Source: an uncultured Saprospirales bacterium
GTDB taxonomy: Bacteria > Bacteroidota > Bacteroidia > Chitinophagales > JADIYW01
NCBI GenBank assembly: GCA_938008535.1
Contig: CALLKF010000164.1
Coordinates: forward strand, 10,202 to 74,201
Length of the DNA: 64,000 bases
Direction of reading: 5' to 3'
Below the pieces are notes generated by a model. The model searched no databases and had not been told where the DNA came from. It was given only the letters and a program-made list of their open reading frames with translations. The position numbers and the translations under genes were made by a program. Below are positions 1 to 10,183 of the stretch, in pieces; within the stretch, counting starts at the first letter, position 1, and each line of letters starts with the position of its first letter.

Positions 1-1424
1 TCCATTTTGCCAAACGCATTTTTGATGTTGTTGTTACCAATTCCTAAACCACCTTTGTTCCATAACCATTTATTCAAATCTAAACCAATTACTTTAAAAA
101 CGTTATTAAACTGATAGTACAATTCAGTGGAACTAACGCTTAAGCCACTTGCATTCATTTCTGGTAAACCAGCGTTTGTACCATCATCAATAGCACAACC
201 ATGCGTATCGCCACTAATCACAATTACATTTTTTATTGCATTATTTTTGATGTAATTTAAAATTTTTGTTCGTTCATAAGCATACGAACCAAAGTAGTCC
301 GAGAAGCTATATGACAAACGAAAACCAGTGCCAGCATATCCGCCAATATTAAATTGCATGCCTTGTATCAGCAATGGTAATTCTACCAACGGTTGAATAT
401 TTTTATTAAAAGGAACACCAGAAATTATAAATTTCCAGGTTGCAGTTGAGTTCTTAAGTGCATTTAAAAACCAATCTAACTGAGGTTGGTTTAACATGGT
501 TTGAGAAGGACTGTTTCCATTAAACGTCCATAAATTTATAGCTGCATTGTATTTTAAATTATTCCATCCACCTGTATTGCAACTGCGTACATCTATCATA
601 AAAAATTCGCAATTGCCAACTTTAAAAGAATGATAATATCCATCGGTATCATTCTGCATCTGGTAGCCAGGAAAGAAATTTTTATATGCTGTTAAGCAAT
701 TGGTACGCATTTGCTGCGTACGTGGATATAAATCGAAATAATTAATTAATTTACCGTTTTCGTATCTTACTTGTAGTGCACCACCTTTAAAATATTTAGA
801 GTTGCCCCAAGTATCATCATCATCAGGCATGTAGGCAATTGGCATTTTCTTCAACATATCTTTGCAAATCGGCTCTTCATTTCTGCGTCGCCAACCAAGT
901 TTTACTGCGCTCCAATCTTCTGGATAATCCATTCCAACATATCGCGGAATTTGATAGGATGGATAAGTAAAATCACCAGTATGAATAAATAAGATTGGTT
1001 TGTACAACGGCATCACGTCAAACACTTTCATATTGGGTGTTTCCTGACAAGAACCAGTTACAAACGTTAAATGTTCTGCTGTACCAACAACAGGAAATGT
1101 TTTGAAATGACCTAATGTGTTTTCTATATTTCCATTAATGCGATAACGAAAATAGTAATCGGTAAAAATTGCTAAGTTTTCTAGAGTAACAATTTTTGAT
1201 GTATCTAAACTAGCATCGGTAGCTGAATTTATTTGTTGAAAAGAAGCAAATGTTGAATCGGTAGAATATTCTAAACTAAAATTAACGGATGAAGATGTAC
1301 GAATATAAATTCGCGCACTATTTTCGGTAACACCACCAATCATTGGTCCGTGCGTAATGTTTTGTGCAGAAACAATTTTTGTTAGCAGCAACAAAAATGT
1401 GCATTTCCATTTTGATATTAGCAT
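1..1424 (-). CDS. PhoD-like phosphatase / metallophosphoesterase, secreted (3' end runs off the window)
   Basis: Absent from the ORF track because it has no stop inside the window. My minus-strand translation from the ATG (complement of 1422-1424) gives MLISKWKCTFLLLLTKIVSAQNITHGPMIGGVTENSARIYIRT. That is a signal peptide followed by a PhoD N-terminal style motif. Later it reads VIVISGDTHGCAIDDG, a metallophosphatase-like motif. The frame appears open to position 1. Confidence 0.55.
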   Translation of the reverse strand, partial: MLISKWKCTFLLLLTKIVSAQNITHGPMIGGVTENSARIYIRTSSSVNFSLEYSTDSTFASFQQINSATDASLDTSKIVTLENLAIFTDYYFRYRINGNIENTLGHFKTFPVVGTAEHLTFVTGSCQETPNMKVFDVMPLYKPILFIHTGDFTYPSYQIPRYVGMDYPEDWSAVKLGWRRRNEEPICKDMLKKMPIAYMPDDDDTWGNSKYFKGGALQVRYENGKLINYFDLYPRTQQMRTNCLTAYKNFFPGYQMQNDTDGYYHSFKVGNCEFFMIDVRSCNTGGWNNLKYNAAINLWTFNGNSPSQTMLNQPQLDWFLNALKNSTATWKFIISGVPFNKNIQPLVELPLLIQGMQFNIGGYAGTGFRLSYSFSDYFGSYAYERTKILNYIKNNAIKNVIVISGDTHGCAIDDGTNAGLPEMNASGLSVSSTELYYQFNNVFKVIGLDLNKWLWNKGGLGIGNNNIKNAFGKM

Positions 1425-1483
1425 ACGTTAATATACATAATCTTTTTAAAAACAGGAAAATAAGAATTTGTATTTTTAGAGAA

Positions 1484-4400
1484 TTAACGCAATAACGTAA
1501 CTACACCTTTTAAATAAAACGATTCGTTATTATATTTCACACCAGAAACCACATAAATATAACTATCAATTTGACATTCAACACCTTTGTAAGTGCCGTC
1601 CCAACCATTGTCTAAATTATCTGTTTCAAACACCAGCGCGCCCCAACGATCGAAGATTTTTAGGTTGTATGTTTTGATACTTTTATTAATCATGTTCAAA
1701 TTGTCATTGATTCCGTCATTATTAGGCGAAAATGCACTTGGAATAAAAATATCGCAATTCGTAGATATAAAGATGGAATCTCTTTGCAAACAACCACCTT
1801 TGTAAACCTCCACTTTTATTGGAGAAATAGTGCCATTAATGATAATCGAATCTTTGTTTACATCACCTGTGCTCCAGAAAACAGAATCAAATGGCACTTT
1901 AAAACTTAATACTCTTTGCTCACCTGGACACATAATAATACTATCATCACCTAATTTTATTTTCGGTAATGGTTTCACTTCAAAACTATATTTCAAAGAA
2001 TCTGCTCCACAACGGTTGGTTGCAGTTAGCTTTAATGTTTGTGTTCCAGCTACAAAATATGAATAAAATGCAGTGTCTTTTGTTTGCGGATTTAGATTAT
2101 TTAAAGTCCAAACATATTGCGTATTTGTGCCACCAAAAGACAAATTAGCATATTGAGCAGTTTTACCAAAACAAACATCCGTTGGAATTGGATTGATAGC
2201 TAATGATACGGTGTCATCCATGTTGATGGTTTTTCTCAACGTATCAAAACAACCAGCATTTGATTTGGTAATTAAGGTGACGTTTTTAGTTCCAAAAACG
2301 GAATAAGAATGTGTTGGACTTTTAATAATATCAGTTGTATTGTCGCCAAAATTCCATGTATAATTAGTGACATTTCCAAAGTTAATTGTTGATGTATTAT
2401 TAAAAAGGATAGGTCTATTCAAACAAAGAAAATCATTGGTAAAATTCAACGTCATGCGTTGAGCAGCAACATTCACAGTATCAATCGCCACACAACCATC
2501 AATATAAACGAATACTTTTAGAGGATTAAATGTACCATCATTTATTATGTTTGCAGCAGCTGAACCAGTAGACCATCGAATTGAATCGTATAAACTTGGA
2601 TTTACAGTAAAAGTTGTGGATTGATTTTTACATAAAACCGTGTCACGTCCTAGCGATACATTTGGTCTCGGACGAATTACAAATGATTTAGTAATTGAAT
2701 CGGCATAACATCTGTTTTTCACCACTAATTTTACTGGATAAGTTCCAGTTCCTTGAAATGCATAATTTAAATCTTTGGTAGTATGTGTTGTATTTTCGGC
2801 AAACCAAGTATAAGTATTATTTACACCACCAGTAGTTAGATTTTGGAAGTTGATTTGATTTCGCTGACATGTAATTAATTCTGTTGATTTGAAATTAACC
2901 TGCTGAACGGTGTCCATCGGAAGAATTTTAGTGACCGTATCTTTGCAACCAATATCAGAAGTTGCAATTAACTGCACCGAATAATTAGCAAAAGGCGAAA
3001 ATGTATGGGTTGGATTCTGTGTATTCAAATCAGATTGTCCATCTCCATAATTCCAATCATATTGAACCAAAGTACCTGAATTTACAGATGATGTATTAAC
3101 AAACGTAATTGGTTTATTCATACACAAATAGTTATTTGAAAAATTAGGTGTAATGGTTTGTTTTTTAACCAAAACTGTATCTTTTCCAACACAACCATTT
3201 TTAAATACTGAAATATAAATTGGCGATTTTGTTCCATCAACAGAAATATTTGACGTGTTTTCAGCCGTACTCCAACGCAACGAATCAAATACACCAATGG
3301 CTGTAAGCTGTTTTGTTGATTTATTACAAACCGTAACATCAGTTCCTACATTTACAGTTGGATTTAGATTTATTTTTACGGTTGAATTTAAGGTGTCTTT
3401 TCCGCAACGATTGGTAGAAATTAATTGCACTGGAAAAGTACCATTCGTGTTAAATGTTGAAGTCGCAGTATTTCCATTTACTGGTGAACCATTGTTTATA
3501 ATCCATTGAAAAGCCGTTGGGCTTCCACCTGTTGAAGTATTGGTAAAGGTTACTGGTAATTTTTCACATAAATTTATTGGAGATGTTGTGTAACTTAATC
3601 GCACGGTATCATCCATTTTTATTTTCTTTGTGATGGTGTCTTTACAACCAAATGGCGATGTTACAATATGTTGTACATTAAATGAATCGAACCGGTTAAA
3701 TGTATGTGTTGGACTTTTTAGTGTATCAGTATTTCCATCGCCAAAATTCCAAAAATAATTACTAATGGTTCCTGTAGATGCATCAGTGAAAAGCGTATTT
3801 CGTTTATAACACAAATTGGCCGATGTAAAATTGGCGGTTGGCTTAGGATTTACCACAACTGGTTTGGTTATTTTTCCAACGCAACCTTTTGCAGTTGTTG
3901 CAGTGAGTTGTACATTATAAGTACCTGGTGTGGTAAATAATTTTGTTGGATTTTTCACATAAGAAGTATCGCCTGGCGACAAAACCCATTTCCAATTATT
4001 CACATCATTGTAAGGTGAAGTTGTTGAATCTGTAAATTGAATTAATTGATTTTGGCATCTTGGTACATAAGTAAAATTTGGAACCAAACCTGGATAATAA
4101 ATTACTTTTATTCGGCTTGTGTCATTACAAGGCTTTCCTTTATTTACTATTAATGTAGCGTAATAAACACCAGTATCTGGATAAGCAAACGTAGGATTTT
4201 TTAGAATCGATGTATCATCAGTTCTACTTGGCACACCAAAATCCCAAAAATAGGTAACACCTGATTGATTTAATTCATTGTCAAAACGAACTACCGCACC
4301 TTGACAATTACTAAAAGTAGTATCATTCACTTTAATTGCAGAACTATTTGTGTTATCAGTAATTACTAATGGTGCCGCAGATGGAATAGTGCAATTCTCA

Positions 4401-5302
4401 ACATTAAACTGAAAATCACGAATGCTTTTATTAATAACTACACCACCTCTAATTTCTTCGACACAAATTCCAACTACAAACAAACCAAGCGTTCTTGGAA
4501 TTGCAGTTAACATTCCTGAAGTTGGATTAATGTATAAGATTGAATTTAATCCTAATGGCTTTTGCGATTCATAAAATCCACCGTATATAACACTATCAAA
4601 TGGTGGTGATGTCGCTTGATAATAAGCACATCCAGGTTGGCTTTGTTGACATACTGTTGGATTGTCTGAATCTAATCCTTGTAATGGTGCACATAAGCTA
4701 TATCGTAACTGATCGCCATTAGCATCTGTCGCAGACATATCGAAGTCCAATTTCGAATTGTTACATAAAAACAATGGTGGTTGATTAATAAAAATTGGTG
4801 AAGAATTACAAGTAATATTTGGTGGAATTGTAATTTGATATGTACTACCTTGATTACTCAAAAGATTTAATACTGCATCATTCCGACAACAACGCTGATA
4901 TACTAAAATATAACCCGATGTACTTGCTGGCAATGTTAGAATTTTAGTATATACTCCTTTTTGTATTCTTACATCTCTTGGTGGATTTGAAATACATGAA
5001 TTGGTGTTAGTTGGTAAAATTGTGCTTGCTGGTGAATATATTGGAAATGGATTTGTTTCACCATTGTTTAAATTTACTTTAGCAAATGTTGTCGCATTAA
5101 AGACTGTCACCATTGCAGGGTCATCTAGTTGAGCTTGGCCATAGTAATCGTCTCTAAATATAGTTAATGTAATCTCATATTGATTTCCACCTAAACATTT
5201 ATACGACATTTCACCACCAACTAAATGCGTCGCTTTGCTACTATAACTTAATGCTAAAGCAATAAACAGGAACAATATTTTATAAATTGATTTTTTCACC
5301 AT
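1484..5302 (-). CDS. Large T9SS type-B cargo adhesin with multiple PKD domains and a gliding-motility-associated C-terminal domain
   Basis: 1272 aa with an N-terminal signal peptide. WxFGDG PKD signatures repeat (FWDFGV, WNFGDGNTD, WNYGDGQSD, WNFGDNTTD). The C-terminus reads IPSAFSPNNDGINDNL...FDRWGALVFE...WDGTYKG, typical of the T9SS type-B sorting domain. Confidence 0.85.
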   Translation of the reverse strand: MVKKSIYKILFLFIALALSYSSKATHLVGGEMSYKCLGGNQYEITLTIFRDDYYGQAQLDDPAMVTVFNATTFAKVNLNNGETNPFPIYSPASTILPTNTNSCISNPPRDVRIQKGVYTKILTLPASTSGYILVYQRCCRNDAVLNLLSNQGSTYQITIPPNITCNSSPIFINQPPLFLCNNSKLDFDMSATDANGDQLRYSLCAPLQGLDSDNPTVCQQSQPGCAYYQATSPPFDSVIYGGFYESQKPLGLNSILYINPTSGMLTAIPRTLGLFVVGICVEEIRGGVVINKSIRDFQFNVENCTIPSAAPLVITDNTNSSAIKVNDTTFSNCQGAVVRFDNELNQSGVTYFWDFGVPSRTDDTSILKNPTFAYPDTGVYYATLIVNKGKPCNDTSRIKVIYYPGLVPNFTYVPRCQNQLIQFTDSTTSPYNDVNNWKWVLSPGDTSYVKNPTKLFTTPGTYNVQLTATTAKGCVGKITKPVVVNPKPTANFTSANLCYKRNTLFTDASTGTISNYFWNFGDGNTDTLKSPTHTFNRFDSFNVQHIVTSPFGCKDTITKKIKMDDTVRLSYTTSPINLCEKLPVTFTNTSTGGSPTAFQWIINNGSPVNGNTATSTFNTNGTFPVQLISTNRCGKDTLNSTVKINLNPTVNVGTDVTVCNKSTKQLTAIGVFDSLRWSTAENTSNISVDGTKSPIYISVFKNGCVGKDTVLVKKQTITPNFSNNYLCMNKPITFVNTSSVNSGTLVQYDWNYGDGQSDLNTQNPTHTFSPFANYSVQLIATSDIGCKDTVTKILPMDTVQQVNFKSTELITCQRNQINFQNLTTGGVNNTYTWFAENTTHTTKDLNYAFQGTGTYPVKLVVKNRCYADSITKSFVIRPRPNVSLGRDTVLCKNQSTTFTVNPSLYDSIRWSTGSAAANIINDGTFNPLKVFVYIDGCVAIDTVNVAAQRMTLNFTNDFLCLNRPILFNNTSTINFGNVTNYTWNFGDNTTDIIKSPTHSYSVFGTKNVTLITKSNAGCFDTLRKTINMDDTVSLAINPIPTDVCFGKTAQYANLSFGGTNTQYVWTLNNLNPQTKDTAFYSYFVAGTQTLKLTATNRCGADSLKYSFEVKPLPKIKLGDDSIIMCPGEQRVLSFKVPFDSVFWSTGDVNKDSIIINGTISPIKVEVYKGGCLQRDSIFISTNCDIFIPSAFSPNNDGINDNLNMINKSIKTYNLKIFDRWGALVFETDNLDNGWDGTYKGVECQIDSYIYVVSGVKYNNESFYLKGVVTLLR

Positions 5303-5451
5303 TCAAAAATAGCAAAAATTATGCTAACTATTGTTTCTTAAGTATTTATCAGTAAAAAAGTTCATATTTATAACTCTTTCGTAACAAAAATCTTTCAACA
5401 TAAGACTTATGACTTAAGACTTTTTCTTATCTTCGTCAAACTTTTCCCAAA

Positions 5452-8268
5452 ATGCCAAGAGATTTTTCGATTAAATCCGTACTTATTATAGGTAGCGGAC
5501 CCATTATTATAGGACAAGCGTGCGAATTCGACTACTCAGGTTCTCAAGCATCACGCTCACTCAGAGAAGAAGGTATAGAAATCTCACTCATCAATTCCAA
5601 TCCAGCTACCATTATGACAGACAGCGTTACTGCTGATCATGTGTATTTAAAACCATTAACCATACAATCTTTAGAAGAAATTTTACAAGAACGCCAAATT
5701 GATGCAGTATTGCCAACAATGGGTGGCCAAACAGCGCTCAATCTATGCAAAGAAGCAGCTGAAATTGGCCTTTGGGAAAAATATAATGTTCGCATTATTG
5801 GTGTGGATTTGCAAGTAATTGAAACCACAGAAAACCGCGAAGCATTTCGTAAGTTTTGCGTTGATTTAGGTTTAGGTGTCGCGCCATCTTATGTTGCCAA
5901 TTCTATATTAGAAGGAAAAGAAGCGGCACAAAAAATTGGTTTTCCTTTAGTAATTCGTCCTTCCTATACGCTTGGTGGTTCTGGTGGTGGTTTTTGCCAC
6001 AAAGCAGAAGAATTTGAAGTTGCACTTTCTCGTGGCTTACAAGCATCACCAACACATGAAGTTTTAGTAGAAAAAGCAGTTTTAGGTTGGAAAGAATTTG
6101 AACTCGAATTGTTGCGTGATAATAATGATAACGTAGTAATTATTTGTACGGTTGAAAACCTCGATCCAATGGGTGTGCATACAGGTGACTCTATCACCGT
6201 TGCGCCAGCTATGACTTTATCTGATACAGCGTACCAAGAAATGCGCAACCAAGCACAATTAATGATGCGTGCTTTATGCAATTTTGCAGGTGGTTGCAAT
6301 GTGCAGTTTGCGCTCAATCCAGAAACCGAAGAATTAATTGTAATTGAAATAAATCCGCGTGTGTCACGTTCATCTGCGTTGGCATCAAAAGCAACTGGTT
6401 ATCCAATTGCTAAAATTGCTTCGAAATTGGCGATTGGTTATAATTTAGATGAATTACAAAATCAAATTACCAAAACAACATCAGCATTTTTTGAACCAGC
6501 TTTAGATTATGTCATCGTAAAAATTCCACGTTGGAATTTCGATAAATTTTATGGCTGTGATGATAAACTCGGATTGCAAATGAAATCGGTTGGTGAAGTA
6601 ATGGGTATTGGCCGAAATTTTGCCGAAGCTCTGCAAAAAGCATGTCAATCACTTGAAAATAATAAAATTGGTTTAGGTGCTGACGGAAAAGGTTTATCAA
6701 AAACACAAGAAATATTAGACAGTTTAGAGCATCCAAGTTGGGATCGTATCTTTAAAATAAAAGATGCGATGGCGCTTGGCGTGCCTGTTCATAGCATCCA
6801 AAAATTAACGAGAATAGATAATTGGTTTTTATTGCAAATACAAGACTTAGTAAAACTGGAAAAAGAAATCCAAAAATATTCGTTGCACAATATTTCAAAA
6901 GAATTATTATTGAAAGCAAAAGTAAAAGGATATTCTGATGCGCAATTGGCTTATTTATTAGGACGAATTGAAGAAGAACAAGTGTATCAAAAACGATTAG
7001 AATTCAACATCAAAAGATGTTATAAAATGGTAGATACTTGTGCTGCAGAATTTGAAGCGAAAACACCTTATTATTACTCAACATTTGATACCGAAAATGA
7101 AAGCATCGTTTCTGATAAAAAGAAAGTAATTGTTTTAGGTTCTGGACCCAATCGTATTGGACAAGGTATTGAGTTTGATTATTGCTGCGTGCATGGTTTA
7201 CTGGCAATTAAAGAAGTTGGCTACGAAGCCATCATGTTGAATTGTAATCCTGAGACGGTTTCTACTGATTTTGATATTGCGAATAAATTGTATTTCGAAC
7301 CAGTTTTTTGGGAACATTTGCAAGAACTCATCGATCATGAAAAACCAATTGGTGTGATCGTGCAATTAGGTGGTCAGACTGCTTTAAAATTATCTAAAAA
7401 ATTACACGAAAAAGGCATTCCAATCATTGGTACTTCGTATGACAATATGGACATCGCTGAAGATCGCGGTCGCTTCTCTGATTTGCTAAAAGAATTGGAT
7501 ATTCCCTATCCAGATTATGGCACAGCAACCAGCGCAGAAGAAGCATTAGAAGTAGCAAAAGTGGTTGGCTATCCTGTTTTGGTGCGACCAAGTTATGTGT
7601 TAGGTGGACAAAAAATGCGTATTGTTATTAATGATGAAGAATGCGAAATGGCTGTGTTGGATATTATGAAGCATATTCCAGAAAACACAATTTTAATTGA
7701 CCATTTTTTGGATCGCGCAAAAGAAGCAGAAATTGATGCTATTTACGATGGCGAAACCGTGCAAATTATGGGTGTGATGGAACACATCGAGCCAGCTGGT
7801 ATTCATAGTGGTGACAGCAACAGCGTGTTGCCACCGTACAGCTTAGGTGCCATCATTATTGAAACAATGAAACACTACACCGAAAAACTATGTAAAGCAT
7901 TAGAAATTCGTGGTTTAATAAATATTCAGTTTGCCATAAAAGGCGACAAAGTGTATGTGATAGAAGCCAATCCGCGCGCATCGAGAACTACGCCGTTTAT
8001 TTGCAAAGCATACCAAATTCCTTATTTGAATGTGGCAACCAAAGTAATGCTTGGAACACACAAAATAAAAGATTTTACGTTTAAAGAAAACCTGACCGGT
8101 TATGCCATTAAAGAACCTGTTTTCTCTTTCGATAAATTTCCAGGTGTGAATAAAGTGCTGGGTCCTGAAATGAAATCAACTGGTGAAGCGATCTATTTTA
8201 TTAAAGATTTATTCGATCCTTACTTCAGACAATTGTACAAGGATAAGAGTATGTTCTTGAACAGATAG
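5452..8268 (+). CDS. carB: Carbamoyl-phosphate synthase large subunit (short form, no C-terminal MGS-like allosteric domain)
   Basis: Starts KSVLIIGSGPIIIGQACEFDYSG. Two ATP-grasp halves are present (EINPRVSRSSALASKATGYPIA and EANPRASRTTPFICKA). It ends at 938 aa, right after the second synthetase half. Confidence 0.95.
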   Translation: MPRDFSIKSVLIIGSGPIIIGQACEFDYSGSQASRSLREEGIEISLINSNPATIMTDSVTADHVYLKPLTIQSLEEILQERQIDAVLPTMGGQTALNLCKEAAEIGLWEKYNVRIIGVDLQVIETTENREAFRKFCVDLGLGVAPSYVANSILEGKEAAQKIGFPLVIRPSYTLGGSGGGFCHKAEEFEVALSRGLQASPTHEVLVEKAVLGWKEFELELLRDNNDNVVIICTVENLDPMGVHTGDSITVAPAMTLSDTAYQEMRNQAQLMMRALCNFAGGCNVQFALNPETEELIVIEINPRVSRSSALASKATGYPIAKIASKLAIGYNLDELQNQITKTTSAFFEPALDYVIVKIPRWNFDKFYGCDDKLGLQMKSVGEVMGIGRNFAEALQKACQSLENNKIGLGADGKGLSKTQEILDSLEHPSWDRIFKIKDAMALGVPVHSIQKLTRIDNWFLLQIQDLVKLEKEIQKYSLHNISKELLLKAKVKGYSDAQLAYLLGRIEEEQVYQKRLEFNIKRCYKMVDTCAAEFEAKTPYYYSTFDTENESIVSDKKKVIVLGSGPNRIGQGIEFDYCCVHGLLAIKEVGYEAIMLNCNPETVSTDFDIANKLYFEPVFWEHLQELIDHEKPIGVIVQLGGQTALKLSKKLHEKGIPIIGTSYDNMDIAEDRGRFSDLLKELDIPYPDYGTATSAEEALEVAKVVGYPVLVRPSYVLGGQKMRIVINDEECEMAVLDIMKHIPENTILIDHFLDRAKEAEIDAIYDGETVQIMGVMEHIEPAGIHSGDSNSVLPPYSLGAIIIETMKHYTEKLCKALEIRGLINIQFAIKGDKVYVIEANPRASRTTPFICKAYQIPYLNVATKVMLGTHKIKDFTFKENLTGYAIKEPVFSFDKFPGVNKVLGPEMKSTGEAIYFIKDLFDPYFRQLYKDKSMFLNR

Positions 8269-8347
8269 GATTTATTAATTGGAACTTTTTAACTACAGCA
8301 TTTGTTCATACAGAATGATTTATTCTAAAAAAATTTAGTATTCCTTT

Positions 8348-8902
8348 TTACACCTTATCCGTAAAAAACGCATCACCTTTTTCTTTTGAAAATTTATCTT
8401 GGTTATAGTCTTGCGATTTGTTTTTGGGAATCGATAAACTTTTCCATTCCTTGGTACTCAGCATTTTTGCTAAAAAAATTAGTTGTCCAACATGATATGG
8501 ATAATGTGCTAATTGTCGATTGATGGCTTCTAAAACCGTGTGACCTTCATTTCTGATATAGATAGTTTTTTCTAAATCCGTTTCTGTCAAACTATTCATT
8601 GCACCGAACAAACAATTCCAACCTTTATTCCAAAATACTAGTAAATCCTGACGATTTGTAATGTTTGCTTCAAATTCTGCGTCTCGGTTGCGCCAGTCTT
8701 TTTCACCATCAGTTGTTAAAAAATCAGTCCAGCGCGACAACATATTTCCTGCTATATGCTGCACAATAATTGCAATAGAATTAGAATCTTCACTTGGCTG
8801 AAAAAAAAAATTTTCATCAGCAACTTGCGCCATCGCATCATCGCCTAATTTTTTATAATAGGCAAATAATTTTTTGGTTGATGCTAAATATGTCTTTTCC
8901 AT
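8348..8902 (-). CDS. DinB-superfamily protein (DUF1572-like)
   Basis: 184 aa with His-containing helical-bundle motifs (IVQHIAGNM, HYPYHVGQ) typical of DinB/DUF1572. Confidence 0.55.
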   Translation of the reverse strand: MEKTYLASTKKLFAYYKKLGDDAMAQVADENFFFQPSEDSNSIAIIVQHIAGNMLSRWTDFLTTDGEKDWRNRDAEFEANITNRQDLLVFWNKGWNCLFGAMNSLTETDLEKTIYIRNEGHTVLEAINRQLAHYPYHVGQLIFLAKMLSTKEWKSLSIPKNKSQDYNQDKFSKEKGDAFFTDKV

Positions 8903-8910
8903 AATTTAAA

Positions 8911-8946
8911 TTAAATAAAAAAGCGCACTCTAATATTAAGTGCGCT
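8911..8946 (-). terminator. Intrinsic terminator downstream of the cyclophilin gene
   Basis: 8-bp stem AGCGCACT (8922-8929) / AGTGCGCT (8939-8946). On the minus strand it is followed by a T-rich run (complement of 8911-8921). Confidence 0.6.
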
Positions 8947-8968
8947 TTAAAATTAAGTTTATTTTTAC

Positions 8969-9751
8969 CTATTTATTCTCTAAAATTTTCACTGTCATTT
9001 TAATGTCTTCATTTGGTCGGTCGCTGCCATCGCGTGGTTGCGAAACAATTTGATCAATAATTTCCAAACCAGAAACTACTTCGCCAAAAACCGTATAAGC
9101 CATATCTAACATTGGTGTGCCACCTTGTTCCATATAAATTTTCTTTTGTTCATCTGTATAGGAATTTCCAGTTCTAGAAGCCAACATTTGTATTTCTGCT
9201 TCTGTATATTTTTTTCCAGCGACAATATAAAACTGTGTACTTGACGATGCTTTTTGCGGATTTCCATCGCGCGCTGCAGCCAAGGCACCTTTTTTGTGGA
9301 TCAGATTTTTGCTTAATTCAGCAGGCACTTTATACGGCAAGCCACCCATTCCTAAGCGTTGTCCAGCCGCAGCATTTTTAGAATCTGGATCACCACCTTG
9401 AATCATAAATTCAGGAATGATGCGATGAAAAAGTGTTCCATCTAAAACGCCATCTTTAATAATTTTAATAAAGTTTGCTTTGTGCAATGGCGTCTCATCG
9501 TATAATTTTAATTTGATGTCGCCGAATTTTGTAGTAATCACTACGTACGTTGTTGTATCCATTGGTTGTTTATTTTTTTCCTTTTCTACTGCTTCAGCTA
9601 TTGCTTTTGCAGCATCATCTACTGCTTGCGTTGCAGCTTGTTGTTCTGTTTTCTTTTTTGATTTTTTACAACATTTCTTTTTCGCATAAATGTTATTATA
9701 ACTTGCTGTTAGCAATACAAAACAAGTAACAAAAAGTATCAGTTTTTTCAT
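8969..9751 (-). CDS. Peptidyl-prolyl cis-trans isomerase, cyclophilin type, exported
   Basis: Signal peptide followed by FHRIIPEFMIQGGDP and STQFYIV cyclophilin motifs. Confidence 0.9.
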   Translation of the reverse strand: MKKLILFVTCFVLLTASYNNIYAKKKCCKKSKKKTEQQAATQAVDDAAKAIAEAVEKEKNKQPMDTTTYVVITTKFGDIKLKLYDETPLHKANFIKIIKDGVLDGTLFHRIIPEFMIQGGDPDSKNAAAGQRLGMGGLPYKVPAELSKNLIHKKGALAAARDGNPQKASSSTQFYIVAGKKYTEAEIQMLASRTGNSYTDEQKKIYMEQGGTPMLDMAYTVFGEVVSGLEIIDQIVSQPRDGSDRPNEDIKMTVKILENK

Positions 9752-9770
9752 GTGTCTATTTTTTGGTTTG

Positions 9771-10130
9771 CTAAAATAATTGTTCTTTTTGAAAATAAAG
9801 AATAATCATTTTTTTTAGTAACTTTTCTTGTTCCACTAAACTCAATTTTGGTTTTTCGCGATTGTATTCAAAATGTGGCCAGCCATCTTCATCATAATCC
9901 AGAAAAATATAATAATTGGCTTGACTTAACAATGTACAAACGCCAACATGAATTAAATCTTGTTTTTGTTCTTTGGTAAACTTTACTTGATGTTTTCCCA
10001 ACTCACGATGTCCAACTAAAAAAATAATGGTTTGTACATCGGGTTTTTTGTCAAATTTATTTTCTAAAGACGAAAGTACATTTTGCCAATGTTGTTCGTT
10101 ATATTCAATATCTATCACTGCATTTTCCAT
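9771..10130 (-). CDS. Hypothetical protein
   Basis: 119-aa ORF packed between neighbouring genes; no motif recognised. Confidence 0.4.
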   Translation of the reverse strand: MENAVIDIEYNEQHWQNVLSSLENKFDKKPDVQTIIFLVGHRELGKHQVKFTKEQKQDLIHVGVCTLLSQANYYIFLDYDEDGWPHFEYNREKPKLSLVEQEKLLKKMIILYFQKEQLF

Positions 10131-10148
10131 GGTGCGAATATAATTTTT

Positions 10149-10183
10149 ACTTACGACTTATTACTTATCACTTACAACTAATT
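10149..10183. repeat. Tandem heptamer array ACTTAYN x4-5
   Basis: Reads ACTTACG ACTTATT ACTTATC ACTTACA ACTAATT with exact 7-nt phasing, in the 52-nt spacer between two minus-strand genes. Confidence 0.7.

Noticed and set aside
1735-3850. Regularly spaced repeats as a possible CRISPR array
   Set aside because: The periodicity is about 700 nt and lies inside one continuous ORF encoding PKD domains. No short direct repeats with unique spacers occur anywhere in the window.
5964-6317. Antisense ORFs inside carB, fadH (12114-12491, 12924-13387), nrdA (46070-46396), the adhesin and other genes listed in the track
   Set aside because: All are nested within strongly supported genes on the opposite strand and lack any recognisable motif.
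8801-8810. A10 homopolymer inside the DUF1572-like CDS as a phase-variation switch
   Set aside because: It is currently in frame (it encodes FFF). It is a single tract in an AT-rich genome, and there is no surface or restriction-modification context that would suggest contingency behaviour.
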